Of a DNA stretch of 64,000 nucleotides, positions 26,701 through 40,465 are shown piece after piece (positions within the stretch are counted from its first letter, which is position 1; each line of letters begins with the position of its first letter). Position numbers and translations under genes: made by a program. The stretch is from Lingula anatina (taxonomy: Eukaryota > Animalia > Brachiopoda). Under the pieces are notes generated by a model that searched no databases, was not told where the DNA came from, and saw nothing but the letters and a program-made list of their open reading frames with translations. The DNA lies in contig CM120644.1 of NCBI GenBank assembly GCA_051362555.1, positions 5,154,954 through 5,218,953 on the forward strand, in the 5' to 3' direction.

Positions 26701-29700
26701 TTTGAAAGAAAAGGGCCTGGTCATGCTGATTTTCAATCTTGACCATTCTTTTACTTATAATCATCAGTTCTGTGAGTTTTATGAAAAGAAGCCTATTGGC
26801 TCTCCTTGAAATGTGTTTACAGTGTTGCATGTACAATGAAAAAAGGAGAAAAAATGCAAAACTTTTGAAAATAATCACCCCATTGCCTCCATTTTGAGAC
26901 ACTGTATTACACAGTACATGATAACATGTTTACCATCATATTTATATAATCAACTAGCAATGTTGTAAAGATGCAGAAAATTTCAGACAAACACTAACAT
27001 ATTTACATATCTAGTTAGTTCAATAACGAAACTGTCAACATGCCTGACAATCAAATCTGAGGAAAACCACTTATATATATCAAAACAAGGCACAACTTCC
27101 ACAAAACTCAACCAATCAATCCTATTTTCAAACTTGATTTGTATATTGGTAACATTGATCACTCCTGTGAGTTTAATGACAACAGGCCTATCGGTTCTCC
27201 CTGAAATGTGCTTACAGTGTTACTTATATGCTGAAAATGGCAGAAAATAAACAGCATAACTTTTGACAAAAAATGGCCCGGATATGCCGATTTTTGATCT
27301 TGACAACCCTTTTACTAATAATCATCAGTTCTGTGAGTTTCATGACAATAGACCTATTGCTTCTCCTTGAACTGTGTTTACAGTGTTGCATGTATGCTGA
27401 AAAAAGCAAAAACAACAGCAAATTTTCTGAAAAAAAAAAAGCAGCCCACTATGAAGATTTTCAAACTTTCATAATGTCATAGCCTTCTTCAAACTGTCAG
27501 GGGTAGATTAATTCATAGTTAGCTAAGGGGCCCTTTACACTGGACGGCGTCCTTTCTGTGTCCTGTAGTACGGATCCATTTGAGAGTACAAAATTATAAT
27601 ACTTAACTTTCTGACAACTGGCCAATCACCAAATATTCATTTTTTTCAACCAAAGCAATGCTTGTACCTCCTTTCTACGACCACAGTGATGCCAGTTTCT
27701 TGGTCGCACAAAGGACGCCGCCCCACTGGCAGGGCTAGACACTAACTTTTATGAGCACCTGTCCTTCGGACAGGTGGTCACAAACTTGACCTGTCCGATT
27801 TTCAAACCAACCTGTCCAACAAAACCAATATTTTTTTTTCTATTCATACCCAAAACTTTGTAAATTAATATGTGTAGTCATACATTTAATGTATTTATTA
27901 CCAAAATACTCAATCAAATGAGCTGGGAAAATGCACCTTAAAGTGAATTTATTTTCAGGTAAAAAGTTGTTTTTTCATACTTGTGAACTCCTGAAGATTA
28001 AATCTTGCATATAAGGCTGCATTCCCAGAGCTTTTAGATCGATCTATCCCCACGGGGAGTCTCACTAGATTACTGTCAGATAATCCGGCTTAAATGTCCG
28101 TCCCACCTACTACAAGCTGTAAGGGGGTAATTAACTTTCGTGTCCGCTCGGCTGACAGCTATTCTGCGTGAACCCCCAGGGAGTTAGGTCGATCTAAAGT
28201 AGATCGATCTAATCTCTGGAAATGGGGTCTAAGTCTGATTTAACATAGTTCCAATCAGGGCTTCTCCTAGGATTTGGGGTACAGGGTCTACTAATTGTAA
28301 ATATGCAATTTGATAACAGATTACATGAAGTTTAACCACAGCTTAAAAAAAAAAAAGAAAAAAAATACCCTGAGCGGCAAGTGGGGAGGGGGTACTGTTA
28401 AATTAATTTTATTAAAATATTCAAAATTAATAATATTTGAATATAGTTCAATGAAAAGTTCAATAATATTCATTTTATAATACTTATATCTATGTTAACA
28501 ATTTAACTTCTTTTTTGGGTTATCATGTGTTTGATTTTTTTAAATATATGAATTAAATAAAATCAGTATAAAATGTTCCCCTTCTTTTTATTAAAATTCT
28601 CATATTTTTTATTACTAATTTCTTCCTTACATCAATATCATACTGGTATATGACAGCAATGTTAATTTATCATATTCCAGCTGAGCACTATTTTTTAACT
28701 GTAAATAACAAAGGTGATACTAGAATCATAAAAGAAAACACCATACAAAATTTCAGGTTATATTTTGGCAAATAAACAACATTTCAACAAGATCTTCAGT
28801 CCAAAAGATTTCACTTTCTATAGTAAGTAGATAGCATACAACGTATTTGATTGACAGGCAGTATGTTGCCTTGACAACGAACTAGATATAGCCAGTTCAT
28901 CCAGTTCAATCTGGCTTTGTACCCAGGCAGCACAGTAGTTGTGTAGTTTCTGTTTTTGGAACGGTCTTTACTACTAGAGCACGTAGATTTTGAACTAAAT
29001 AAATATAAAGTAAAGAACCTGATATGTGAATAAATTTTGTCTGATGAAGTTCTGGAGGGTGTTCTCTTTCATAATTTGGCGGTAAGTTTACTCAGACTTC
29101 GTTTTGCGACTGCATGTGTTTTGTGCCAAAAGTAGGTCACTCTTTTCAATGCCGTCTAGGAAGGGAATAAAAGACGTTAGTATGCAACAAAATATTTTTT
29201 TTTAAAGATTTTTGCTCCAAATTTCTCACAAAACATGACCTGTCCGTCGGACAGCCAACCCTGCAACTTCACCTGTCCGAACTGATTTTTACCTGTCCCG
29301 GACAGGCGCTAATGTCGAGCCCAGTGTAAAGGGGGTTTACGGACGATCCATTTACCCTTTTCATTTAATTCTTGCACCCTCAAAAGATTGTCGGTCCTAA
29401 GATCTACCGAGTGAGCCACAAATTCAGACAGTTCTTCTTTATTTAAACCACTCCAAGTCAGTTGTACTAATAAAGAAGCGTGCCGTAATATGTACAGTGC
29501 GATGATAGTTATGTAGTTACGTAACGGCTTAGGAGAGCTTAATTTGATAAAAAAGACCTTTAGTTTAAAAATATGAACTTACTGAATATATAGACATCTG
29601 AGATATAACATTAGTTTCAGTTTAGTCTGCCCTTCACAGCACAACCGAGGACGCGGAATTTGGTCCGCCCTTTACAGCACAACCGAGGACGCGTGTGTAT

Positions 29701-29945
29701 AGCCCGATTTCAGACAAAAAGTTGGACAGTATTTCTGATACACTCGTGGCGGGAATTTGGCCCGCGCTATACAGCATAACCGAGGACTGGCTCAGAATAG
29801 CGTCAAATTTCACCACCTAACTTGAAATGGGCCCCTTTATGCATTCCACTGCTTATGTCAACCGAGGACGTCCTCGGTTGGAGGTGTGTCCTCGGTTAGT
29901 GGGTTTCGGGCAGGTGTGTGTCCTCGGTTAGAATGCGTGCACAAG

Positions 29946-29984
<39 letters not shown>

Positions 29985-29998
29985 ACATACACACACAT

Positions 29999-30037
<39 letters not shown>

Positions 30038-33000
30038 AACCATACCCTATAGAGCAATTCCTCCCTGGCTGAGGAAGAATACAGCAGCACCACCTTCCTC
30101 TCTCTATCACAATATTCCAGCTGTAAGTTGACAAAATGCTGCAGTATGGAATAAATAGGGTTCTTGCCCACGCCCCCAGCAACCAGTAACAGGTCTGTAT
30201 GTTCCTCCGCTGTCTGGGGGTCATAATAGAAATCACCACCTGCTCTCACTGACACTGCATCACCCTCTTTGCACTATCGAATAGAAAAAAAATGATTCAG
30301 ATTCTGTTTCAATTAGTAATTTCAACATTTGTTCTGGTGATACTGAAACAAATATCTTAGGGCCATTCCCATAGATTAAAGCAATTATTATAATTCAGAG
30401 GTGGATTGAGGTTGTCTTATGGGTCTTCTGGAAGACAGTCAGATTTTGAAGTTTACATTATCGGGTATCTATTTTTTTTTTTGGTCGGAAGACTGTCAAA
30501 AATGGAGGATAGATCAACAAAGATAATTTGGAAGACTGTCAGAAAATGTTGCTGGATCCGCCCCTGTAATTAGAAAAATTACTCTGAAAAAAGAAAGAAA
30601 TCAACTGTTACAGAGGATTATAAAATACACACACAATCTTGTATTTCTTGTATTTAATGTTCACAGGTTTTTGTCATTGATTGCTATTGTACATACTACA
30701 GTAGTCATGGACACTAGTATGCATGTGCATTTTTTTATAGTAAGTGAATAAACTGATTTAATATGTATTTAAATTGACTTACTCAATCCTGTATATAGTG
30801 GTAATTTCAGAATGATGATCTTGAGACTTTTATGAAACAAATTTTAAAATCAACCTCTTCCTCTCACCTTGCTGTGCACCCACTGGGCAGGAGGGTGGTC
30901 ACTCGCCTTGACCCCCAGTTTAATGACCCCCTCCTCTTTTAATGTCTTGGGTGCTGAACTGATGGAAAACCCACCCACTGTCTTCACATCTGGGATGAAG
31001 AAATCCACCCTGGGGAAATAACAATGTCAAATCACACAACTTATAATCATTCATTTCTGATTTTACCAACATGTAACAGAACAATGAGAACATTAGGAAA
31101 TGTGATTTATGAAACATTTTTTTTTTGTGCCTTATGCACCAATATGCACTGGCAAAATTGTATATGTATAAATGCATTATATTATATTTTAATGTACATG
31201 AAAATAACAATATGACAGTAGGGCCACAATGCACTAAACTAAAACACTAAGCTACGATATAACTACATCATTACACTCTCACAGCTTTTATTTGGTGTTC
31301 CTCGGGGGAGCGTTCTTGGCCCTCTAAAGTTTTGTGTTTACACGTTACCCCTTGGAGCAATTCTGCATTATCATAATATAGGTTACCACTTTTACTCAGT
31401 TGTACACATCTTGTAACATCCATGATCCAGCATTGTCTGTGAATACCATTGTTGATTGCATATCAGACCTCAGAGGTTGGCTCATTTCAAACAAATTAAA
31501 GATAAATGATGGAAAAACAGAATTTTTAGTCATTACTCAACCCTACAACAAGGGCCTTGCTCACAACTTGCAACTTAAAATTGGAGTTTTTATGGCATTT
31601 TCCTCCCCCCATGTAAAAAATTTAGGAGTATACTTTGATTCTACACTTTCAATGGACAAACAGATCTCCAACATCACAAGGTCTTGTTTATTCAACATTC
31701 GGAATATTGGCACCATAAGGAAACATCTGAATCAATCATCTGCTGCTACAGTTATACACTCATTGGTAACTTCCAGGCTAGACTATTGCAATTCTGTATT
31801 ATATGGATGTCCAGATGATAAGATCAAAAGATTACAACGCATCCAGAATATCTCAGCACGGCTTTTAATGCTACAGCCTAGGGATTGCCATATCACTCCA
31901 ATTTTAAAGCAGCTGCACTGGTTACCAGTTAGGGACAGAATTTTATTTAAGGTTTTAGTTTTTACACATGCTGCTTTTTATAATCTAGCTCCACCATATA
32001 TAACTGATCTAGTCAAACATTATAGCCCTCAAAGATCCCTGAGGTCTGGTAACAAACTTTTACTGAAAGTTCCAAAATCAAGGTTAAAATCATATGGTGA
32101 CATATCATTTTGTGTAGCTGCACCAGTAGAGTGGAATAAGTTGCCAATTTTTATTAGACAAATAGAACCACAAGAATCTTTTAAAAAGGAATTGAAAACT
32201 CATATTTTTAAGACATTTTATTCATGAATTTTAAATTTTACAATTTTAAAGAAACCTTGTATTTTTTACTTTTAATTACTGTTTATTACAATTTAGTTTA
32301 GCTCTTATTTGTATAATATATATCTTAACCATTTTATATCTATAAACTTCTTTGTATTTTATGTTGTACAGTCTATTGAACACTTTGTGGACTTTAGACT
32401 TGAAATAAATATATTATTATTATTATTATTATTAAGAATTATATCATGTAAGTATCTCTAAAGAAGTTAGTAAAATAATAATTATACTGATAATAGTGAA
32501 TTGTAACTGAATTTAATCAGTAATTAGCCTGACTGAAATAAACTTACCACTGCCCAGCCTTGAAGGTGAAATCTTTCCTCTTCACATGTAATTTGAGCTG
32601 CTTGACAGAGGGAGAAATGTGCTTCACTTCATTCACTACAGCAGGGCAGACCAACTACAAATAAGAAAAAAATACTTAGATCAAGGGATGACTCTTTACC
32701 TTTGAATTTCATACAAATTGTAAATAAAATTATCTTGTTACAACATTTTCTTTTTTGTGTGTGTTTGTGTTAGTCATGTCTTGTAACATGCAGTATTTAT
32801 TAAAGCAGTGAAGGTATGGGAAAAGTAAGAAATACATGTAATCTCAAGTCGATATGATGTTATTATTCAAAGTAACCAATTTCTTCATTACAGCATGGAA
32901 AAACGCCAGGATTTCATGTCAGTATTCTATATTTTCCATAGTTCAAGGTCCCCAAAACCTTGCAGGTATGGGAATATACTAGTACCTGTAAACATCTGAC

Positions 33001-34855
33001 CTTAAAGCAGAGCTCTGCATAGGAATCAAGACTGCAGCATAATCTATACACAAATTTGCCTTTAAATCCCCCACTAATATTTGTTTATCAATATACTTTG
33101 TTTTTCTTATATTAAAAAAAAAAAAGAGATTTACAATGTTGTAAAAATTTCAGTAAAATTGACAGAGAAATACAGAGGCTATGCATAGCCATAAAAATCT
33201 TGTAAACTGTAACATGTTAAACCTATTATAATGAGTTTGTTACCTCTGATACTGCATTCCTGGTGTTACATGTATAAAAAAAACTACTATTTTGCTTCAG
33301 ACAGTGTGTCTAGGTAAATTGCAATGCTTTCAAAAGAAATTTACTAAGGCTTTGGCTCCACCTATAGTTCACTATCAGGGCACAGCAATTGCTGTAGGAA
33401 GTACTAGTATGCATCAATACGCTACCTCCTCTACTAGTACTCTTAGACCAAGTTTACATACCTAGATCGATCCAACAGCATCGATCCATCTCCAAGGGAT
33501 TTCTCATTAAATTGCTTTTAGCTTACACAGCCTAATGTAGATGTCTGGCACGCCTACTGAAGCTACTAAACCATATAATTAATTAGCAGCTTCAGTAGGC
33601 ATGACAGACATATGAGCTGCTCAAGCTGACTGCAATTTAGCAAGAATCCCCTTGGAGATAGTCCAAACCACAGTCAGTACAATAGGGTCTGGGAATGGTC
33701 TCTAACACTGATACAGCCGAGTCAATCATACCTCTATCCTGGAGTTGTTGGCAGTTATGTCCAAATGATCCTGCTGGTCTTTGCCATGAGCTGAACTAGT
33801 CATTATACATCTACAAAATAGAATGAAAAAAAAAATAAAATCAATAATTTTTTTTCACACCCCCAGTATAATAATGATAATTATAATAAAACAAAATTAA
33901 TAAAAATCAAATTCCAGTTCTTTAATTAAAAATCCTTTTTTTAAATGCATTTATTAAAATCAATTTTAATAAAATGAATTGGGCAGATGTCAATTTTGTT
34001 GCCAAATATCGGGCAGTGACGCGCCAATGAACAACCAAACATGTTGGGCCAATGCTCTCTTGCTACCTGGATTTTTTCTCAAATTGCCAGCGTAACCTCA
34101 TTCCCCCTTGAAAATGAAGAGGAAATTACCCCAGCATAATGCACTGTTTAATAGCCCCCACTTTAAATTAATTATTTAAATATATTATAACAATAAAAGA
34201 ATAATATTAATTTTTATATAAATTATCAATTAATAAAAAAAAAACACCTTCAAGTTCTACAGGAACATACAAGAAAGCACTACCATTTCATATTTTACAG
34301 TGAATGTATATAACATAGAAAATCTGAAGACAAATTATTACACTGTGTATAATGAACTGAATCCACAAATTGAGAGAAGTCAGCTAAGATGTCTTTTTTC
34401 CCCTTCTTTTCTAAACATCTAAGGCATTTAAAGGTAAATTCGAAAACAAACCATGCAACTGGAAATCATATTGCCCTACAAGTTGAACACAGGCAAATCA
34501 GAAATCTGACTAAACACTTAAAAATAGAAAGTAATCTTGCAGTAATGTAAAGGTCAACAGGCAACTGCAGACAACCAGGCGTGCTCTGTATACAGTGTAC
34601 ATGGCTAACACTTCTACCTGGAAATACCTGAAAGGTACGCACACCTCACCTTACTTTAACTTTGTCTGGTATTCTCGCCCATATGAAGGTTAAATGATGA
34701 TATACACGGTTTCTCTAATTTACGACGGATACAAAAAGATAACAACCAATCTACCATGAACGTCTAAAAGTTTGCAAGGGAAGTCACCTTCCAAGTATGG
34801 TCCGAAATGGAGGATGCACTCTTGAAATTGTGAGAAATCCTATGAGCGTCTTCAT
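23717..34855 (-). CDS. OXNAD1: Oxidoreductase NAD-binding domain-containing protein 1, 295 aa. Exons 34788-34855, 33732-33810, 32548-32654, 30868-31009, 30046-30273, 24106-24202, 23717-23883
   Basis: Spliced frame is continuous (888 nt). Motifs [28 protein letters not shown], [11 protein letters not shown], CYICGP and terminal YEKWW. Confidence 0.92.
25480..27430. repeat. Complex tandem repeat: ~140-150-bp subunits within larger ~540-bp or longer blocks
   Basis: Recurrent CTGTGAGTTTCATGAAAACAGGC..GGTTCTCCCTGAAATGTGCTTACAGTGTT unit. The block ACATGCCTGACAATCAAATCTGAGGAAAACC occurs at ~25608, ~26483 and ~27038. Confidence 0.85.
27729..29324. mobile_element. Non-autonomous DNA element with CAGGGCT-type ends (hAT-like) and CCTGTCC/GGACAGG subterminal motifs
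   Basis: CAGGGCTAGACACTA at ~27729 vs TAATGTCGAGCCCAG at ~29310-29324. Repeated ACCTGTCC motifs at both ends. Confidence 0.5.
28014..28229. mobile_element. ~200-bp MITE family (TAGATCGATCTA motif, TAA flanks); related copies at ~38920-39110 and, more diverged, ~33445-33702
   Basis: 28034-28195 is nearly identical to 38937-39100. Terminal inverted CATTCC/GAAATG-type ends with TAA. Confidence 0.7.
29948..30033. repeat. (CA)n microsatellite; others at 48527-48580 (CA), 35755-35802 (CT/CA), 24025-24058 (GA)
   Basis: Direct dinucleotide runs. Confidence 0.95.
31275..32433 (+). mobile_element. 5'-truncated L2/CR1-group LINE (RT C-terminal half) with (TTA)n tail, antisense in an OXNAD1 intron
   Basis: [11 protein letters not shown], then [32 protein letters not shown] and LHWLPV. 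The YADD region is disrupted. ATT repeat tail at ~32412-32433. Confidence 0.92.
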
Positions 34856-35465
34856 GTTGCTGCCAGCGCTCCAAGCTATTCTAGTCCCCACGCAAGAATG
34901 AAGCGAGGCATCTGTCTATTAACCAAAGGGGAGGGACATAAGTCTGGCTCTGTGAGAGTGGATAACCCTTGCCCCAAATGAAAAAAAATATACATGTATA
35001 TATCGCACTTGTTCAATTTTGTTTAGGCTTTAACCGCATCTTACATGTGTGTCATGCATACCTATTATTTCCAAAACAGGCGTATATTTGAAATGAAATT
35101 TTCCCTAACGCGATATAGGTTTCATAAGCATGCAATATGAGTTAAACAAACACGGGATTCCTCACGTCTAAAGTTTTGTTGCATCACAAACTAGGTCACT
35201 TGAACTGGGTCAAACTTAAGCCCGCAAATATTGATGCTGAAATTTATACATTCATGATTTTTATACTTTAAAATCTATAAATATTCACTACATATATCTT
35301 TAACTTAAAAAAGCTGCAATGTCTAATTACACTGATAAAAAGATAGATATTGTTTTTATGCATCTATTACAATAGATAGTGCAGGACAGTTTTCGAGAAG
35401 TCGACAACTCCGTCAACTAAACGTTTGTTTTCTTCCTGATTTAACTGAACACAAACGCAGGCAAG

Positions 35466-38400
35466 ATGGGGAAAGGTTATAATAATTATATGAGCAAAAA
35501 GTTTTTTCATCCAGCAACATTTGAAAACATAAAAAGGGTAAGTTGATCGTCCAAAAGCTTTTGAAACTCCATATAACAAAGTCACTAAATTAAATTTTGT
35601 AATTTTTTGTTCCTAAATCATTATCATTATGCGAGTTACCTCTAAAACAGAGTCTTGAACGTTTAAATTGTTTGCGGATATTTTAAAGATAAACCTCCAA
35701 CTCAAGGGTAGATGAATTTAGAAACTAATTTGAGCATTTTTCACTATTTATAAATCTCTCTCTCTCTCTCTCTCTCACAAACACACACACTCACTCACAC
35801 ACATTTGCTGCTTTAGTAGACACTGCAATCTAAACATTTTTGAAACATTTCTCTCAATCAAGTCTACAACTTATGATTCTGCTTCTCTAGGTATGGATGG
35901 CCCAACAAAAGATTGACCATGCAAAAGCAAAGGAAGAAGAAAGACTGGCGCAGTATCAAAGGGAACAGGATGTTTATCAAAACAAGTACGTCATAGGAAA
36001 TAAAGCATGAATAAAGAGCCATAATTGTGAACAGATAACTTAAACTGTATGAAATGTACAAGTGGACTTGATAATAAATGATGAAATGTGTATCTTGTTT
36101 GTACTACCTGGATTTAAATTCTCTTTGGAAAAAAAAGGTCTATGGTAGGAATTTATTTATTAATTTTTTTTTTTACAGAAAACAAAACTGAACTTCACAA
36201 TACCAACATTTTGAATGTGAAAATAAAAGTTAAAAGACTTTCTTTGTAGTAATTCTGGCTATTTTAAATACTTTCCAGAGCACTGCTGGGTGATGAGAAG
36301 GCAAAGATTGGGCTGAGTTTTATGTACGAACCTCCCCCTGGAGCCAATAGAGGTACACATTGCTACGTATAACAATAGTACATGCCTTTTTATAATGCAG
36401 TAACATGTCTTTTTATCTTATGTCAGTCTTGCTGATATTATCAGCTGAGTTAATGTAATGTTGTATAATAGGGCTGAATTTTGTATGAATCAACGCATTA
36501 TTGATTAATAAGTTGTTACAGGGTGTGGGATTTGATTGGGTAAAAGATCAGTAGTTTTGCAGGATATGCAAACATGGAAAATATGACTGGTAATTTTTTC
36601 AACAATTTCAACAAATCCCTAAGTTGTGATTTTGATGCGTTTCAGCCAAGGAAAAGGAAGACGATGAACCAGAATACAAGTTTGAGTGGCAGAGAAAGTT
36701 TAATGCACCCAGGGAAAAGTAAGTATTTTGTTGAAATATTATCCACTCAGTATTTGTAAATAAAAGTATATGATGACGTTGCAAGACATGGTCACTTTTA
36801 CTTGAAAGGAGATGATTTATCGGCTAGATTGAATTTGTGTAATTAGACACCATAATTGACATGTAAAAACTTAAGCTTAAGGTACTTTGCAAGAATAAAC
36901 ATTAAATCTGACATTTGATGTCCTAATTCCAGTTATCAAATGTGATTTTTATTCATATTTAAATATTTTGATACATTTATATGTAATTTATTTTATTAAC
37001 ATCGATGTAAAATTAACAAATACTTTTAAATTACAAATATATCTTTATTTTTTAACCAACTGACTTAATATCTGAAGTGAGCATTTCATGCCTATATTTA
37101 ATTTATTTTATTTCTTCTTTCCAGCTATGCCAAGGGAGATGAGACCATCCGTGACCAGCCATTTGGTATTGAGGTGCGCAATGTGCGCTGCATTAAGTGT
37201 AAAAAATGGGGTCACGTTAACACAGACAAAATATGCCCCTTGTTTGGGAAGAACTTGACCGCAGAACCCCCTGCACGTAAGTATTGTGGTAACTAAACAG
37301 AAAACCGACATTTTAGATGTACAGTTTTTTTTATAATCTGGTTATAATCACTTGCCTCACCCAAGTGTAGTAGAATTTAACTTTAGTTTACATAAATCAA
37401 AGAACCAAACATTTTTCAGAAAAAGTAAGGGAATATGTGGTTGCCTTATAATAACTTTCATATACTAGCTTTCCTTAGTTTTTCATGAAAAAAAAAAAAA
37501 AAAAACAAAAAACAAATAAATAAATAATTAAATAAATAAAATAATTTTAAAAAGGAGATTTAAATTAGTTAAGTCATTTTGCTGATCTTCATGGATTGCT
37601 GAAGATAATTTTTGATCGAGTATACAAATTCAAAGATTTTTTTTAGAGAATTTGTTTTTAAATCTTATCTTAATGCTCACTTTGTCGCCTAAAGTATGGA
37701 AATCAGTTGATCAAACTTTCAGCGGGCAGCAGTGTACCTGATTTAGCTGGAGACATGGAGAAGGACCAGGGACTAAAACTGAAGCAGAATGTCCTCGGGA
37801 AGAAAGTGAACCCCTACGACAGAAACCAGGTGGGTAAAAGGTTACTTCACTTCTGCATCTCCCCTTCTCCTTCCTTCCTTCTTTCATTTTCTTCCTCTCC
37901 GTCTCTCCGTCTCTCCTTTTTCTTGCTGACTCCGACTCTGTCTTGTCATTCAAACATCAAAGTTTTTACTCTAATTTTTAACACTGGATCTTTTGTATGT
38001 GAAATAAAGGCCCATAGCCTCTGTAATTTGCTTGTTTTTATTCAATCCCTGAATGGTTTCACCTAAGTGAGGAAAATGAACATCTTTCACACACATGCAC
38101 ATAGAAACCCACACACAATCAGGTAATATGAGTGAAAGTACTTATGCAAATATGGAGTATCCTTCCTTTCATATTTCAGCAACTTGTAGAGAGTGATCAA
38201 GAAGAGGAGGACCCTGAAGTTGCTTTCCTCAAATCCTTAACACCAAAACAGAAGAAGAAACTACTCAAGTAACATGTGTTTTAGTTCAAAATTCACTTAT
38301 GTGTCATCTATTTAAATTGGAATGTTAAGAAACATGGCATATTACTTTTTTTTTTTGCTCTGTCAAAAGAGTTTTTATATTGATTTGTTTATATTTGAAT

Positions 38401-40465
38401 TGTGGAGCATTCACATAGGAGTTTAGAGGTGTTCCTTGTTTTGGTTTGGATAATTACAATTTGTGTTATCAGAATTCTTGCTGTGGTACAGTAAAATACT
38501 TTTACTTAAAAGTAATATTTGTCGTCTTTTGTTCTAGGAAGCTTGATAAACTACAGAGGCAGCAAAGTGGTGAGGAGAAGAAAAAGAAGAAAAAATCTAA
38601 GAAGAGGAAACACTCCAAACGTAACAGCTCAGAGGATTCAGACTCAGGTTGGTATCAGCTATGACCACCCCTTATTATGTTATATAAAAACATTTGACAT
38701 TATTGCGTGTTCTGCCATTATAGGGCTATAATGGTTCCCATTTAAATATAGAACAAAGAGATTGCAGGGGCATGAGAAAAAAAAAAGGAGCAAAAGAAAA
38801 TAGATTGACTGTGACTCATAGCAGAACATTATTTATTGAATTTCTCGGATGTCACTCCAAATATGATACATGTGTCTTGTCATGTTAGATATTGTAATCA
38901 ACAAGGCTAGAACTTCTAAGGGCGCATTCCCGTAGATTTTAGATCGATCTATCCCTGTGGGGAGCCTCACTAGATTACTGTCAGATAAACCGGCTTAAAT
39001 GTCCGTCCTGCTTACTACAAGCTGTAAGGGGGTAATTAACTTTCGTGCCCGCTCGGCTGACAGCTATTTAGCGTAAACCCACAGGGAGTTAGGTCGATCT
39101 AGTTGGGGTCTAAGCCACACATGCACGTAAAAACATGTGCACCTACAGAAATGATAAATAATAAGATTGCATTTTTGCAGAGAGTGAGCCAGACAGAAAA
39201 AGGAAGACAAACAAGAAGAGTCGGAGAAGTGATAATGATGACTCCGAGAATGAAACCAGAGGTATGGCATATGAAAACATATGTTGAATAAAAATCCTAC
39301 TAAAAAGTAATTTTTACAATATGTTGATATGCCAGAAGCAGTGGCATTGATTTTGGTTAATATTTTTTGTGATTGTTTTGTATCATAAAACACCTAAAAT
39401 CAAGGGATTGATAAAAAACCAACAACAACAACAAATGTTACTAGTAGTTAGAGCACTGTGTATTTTTCCCTTTTAAAATAACATTTTCATTTCCTTTAGG
39501 CTTATTAACAAAGTTAAATCACTGGTAAATAAAGTTGACAAGAATGAACTTGTTTCATTATGATTACTGATTTTCTTCTAAAATTTACTTCTAGAGCCAA
39601 AGAAAGGTTATGGTAAGAACAAGTATGTCAGGCAAAGGTCACCACTTGATCGCAGCAGACATCAAGATAAGGCAGATTCCAGGAGAGATGACCGCAGAAG
39701 GTCACCACCAGACGGCAGCAGGGAGAGGAGAGACAGGTATGACAAAATGTGTCTTGTACCAAATGAATCGGGGTCGGTAAAACGTGTCACAGAAAACTTG
39801 TCGTTATATTGTAATATTTTCTCAACATAACTTTGTTTAAATTGAATTAACAGTTGGAACAATATTATCATTGTAACGATTTGTCAGATATTAATACATC
39901 GATTTGTTGTTATACACGTTGTAGGCATAGGGAAGATGACGGCAGCAGCAGGCGCCCGCGGGAAATATCTCCTCCCCTCAGAGAGGAGAGGGACAGACGG
40001 GACAGGAGTCCAAGACGGAGAAGAACTCGTAGCCAGAGCCCACAACAACGTGAGCGTGTAAGGAGTAGAAGTCCACACAAAACCGCAAGCCGGAGTCGCG
40101 AGGAAAGACAAAACAGAGACGTTGACAGACGCCCCAGAGGGGAGGACAGAAACAGCGAAAAGAGAGATAGAAGGGAGTCTGATAGATCTCGTGATAGGGA
40201 AAGGTCAAATCATGCCCAAGGCCATTCAAAAACAAGGCCACAGTCTCCCTCAAGTTCGTCATCGTCAGAGTCGTCAGAATCCTCCAGTGACTCAGAAAGC
40301 GAGGCAGAAACAAAAATTGTGAAACGGGAGCGAGAGGAAAAACGGTCGGAACAACATGGCAGAGTAAAGAGGGAAAATGGAGAACGTAGTGACGATAGGA
40401 GAGAGAAAAATTATGAAAGAAAAACATCTTATGAGAGACCACGTGATAGCAGTAAAAGAAAGTGA
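35466..40465 (+). CDS. CIR1: Corepressor interacting with RBPJ 1 (CIR1). About 11 exons: 35466-35537, 35891-35986, 36280-36352, 36646-36718, 37124-37276, 37723-37829, 38180-38268, 38538-38647, 39181-39261, 39596-39735, 39925-40465 (internal ends approximate)
   Basis: [84 protein letters not shown] zinc knuckle, then K/S-rich and RS/RE-rich C-terminus. Confidence 0.92.

Larger units (their letters stand above)
24591..29935. mobile_element. ~5.3-kb non-autonomous TIR element in an OXNAD1 intron, with subterminal AACCGAGGAC motifs, an internal satellite and nested MITEs
   Basis: TIR CATTCTAACCGAGGACACACAC at 24591 and its reverse complement ending at 29935. AACCGAGGAC recurs near both ends. No transposase ORF seen. 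Confidence 0.65.

Noticed and set aside
25480-27430. CRISPR-like array
   Set aside because: Units are long tandem repeats without unique spacers, the context is eukaryotic, and there are no cas genes.
29858-30043. VCVC/HTHT-rich ORFs (also 48313-48579)
   Set aside because: Translations of (CA)n microsatellites.
31400-32227. Active or domesticated reverse transcriptase gene
   Set aside because: 5'-truncated, catalytic YADD region disrupted, and a simple-repeat tail typical of a dead LINE copy.
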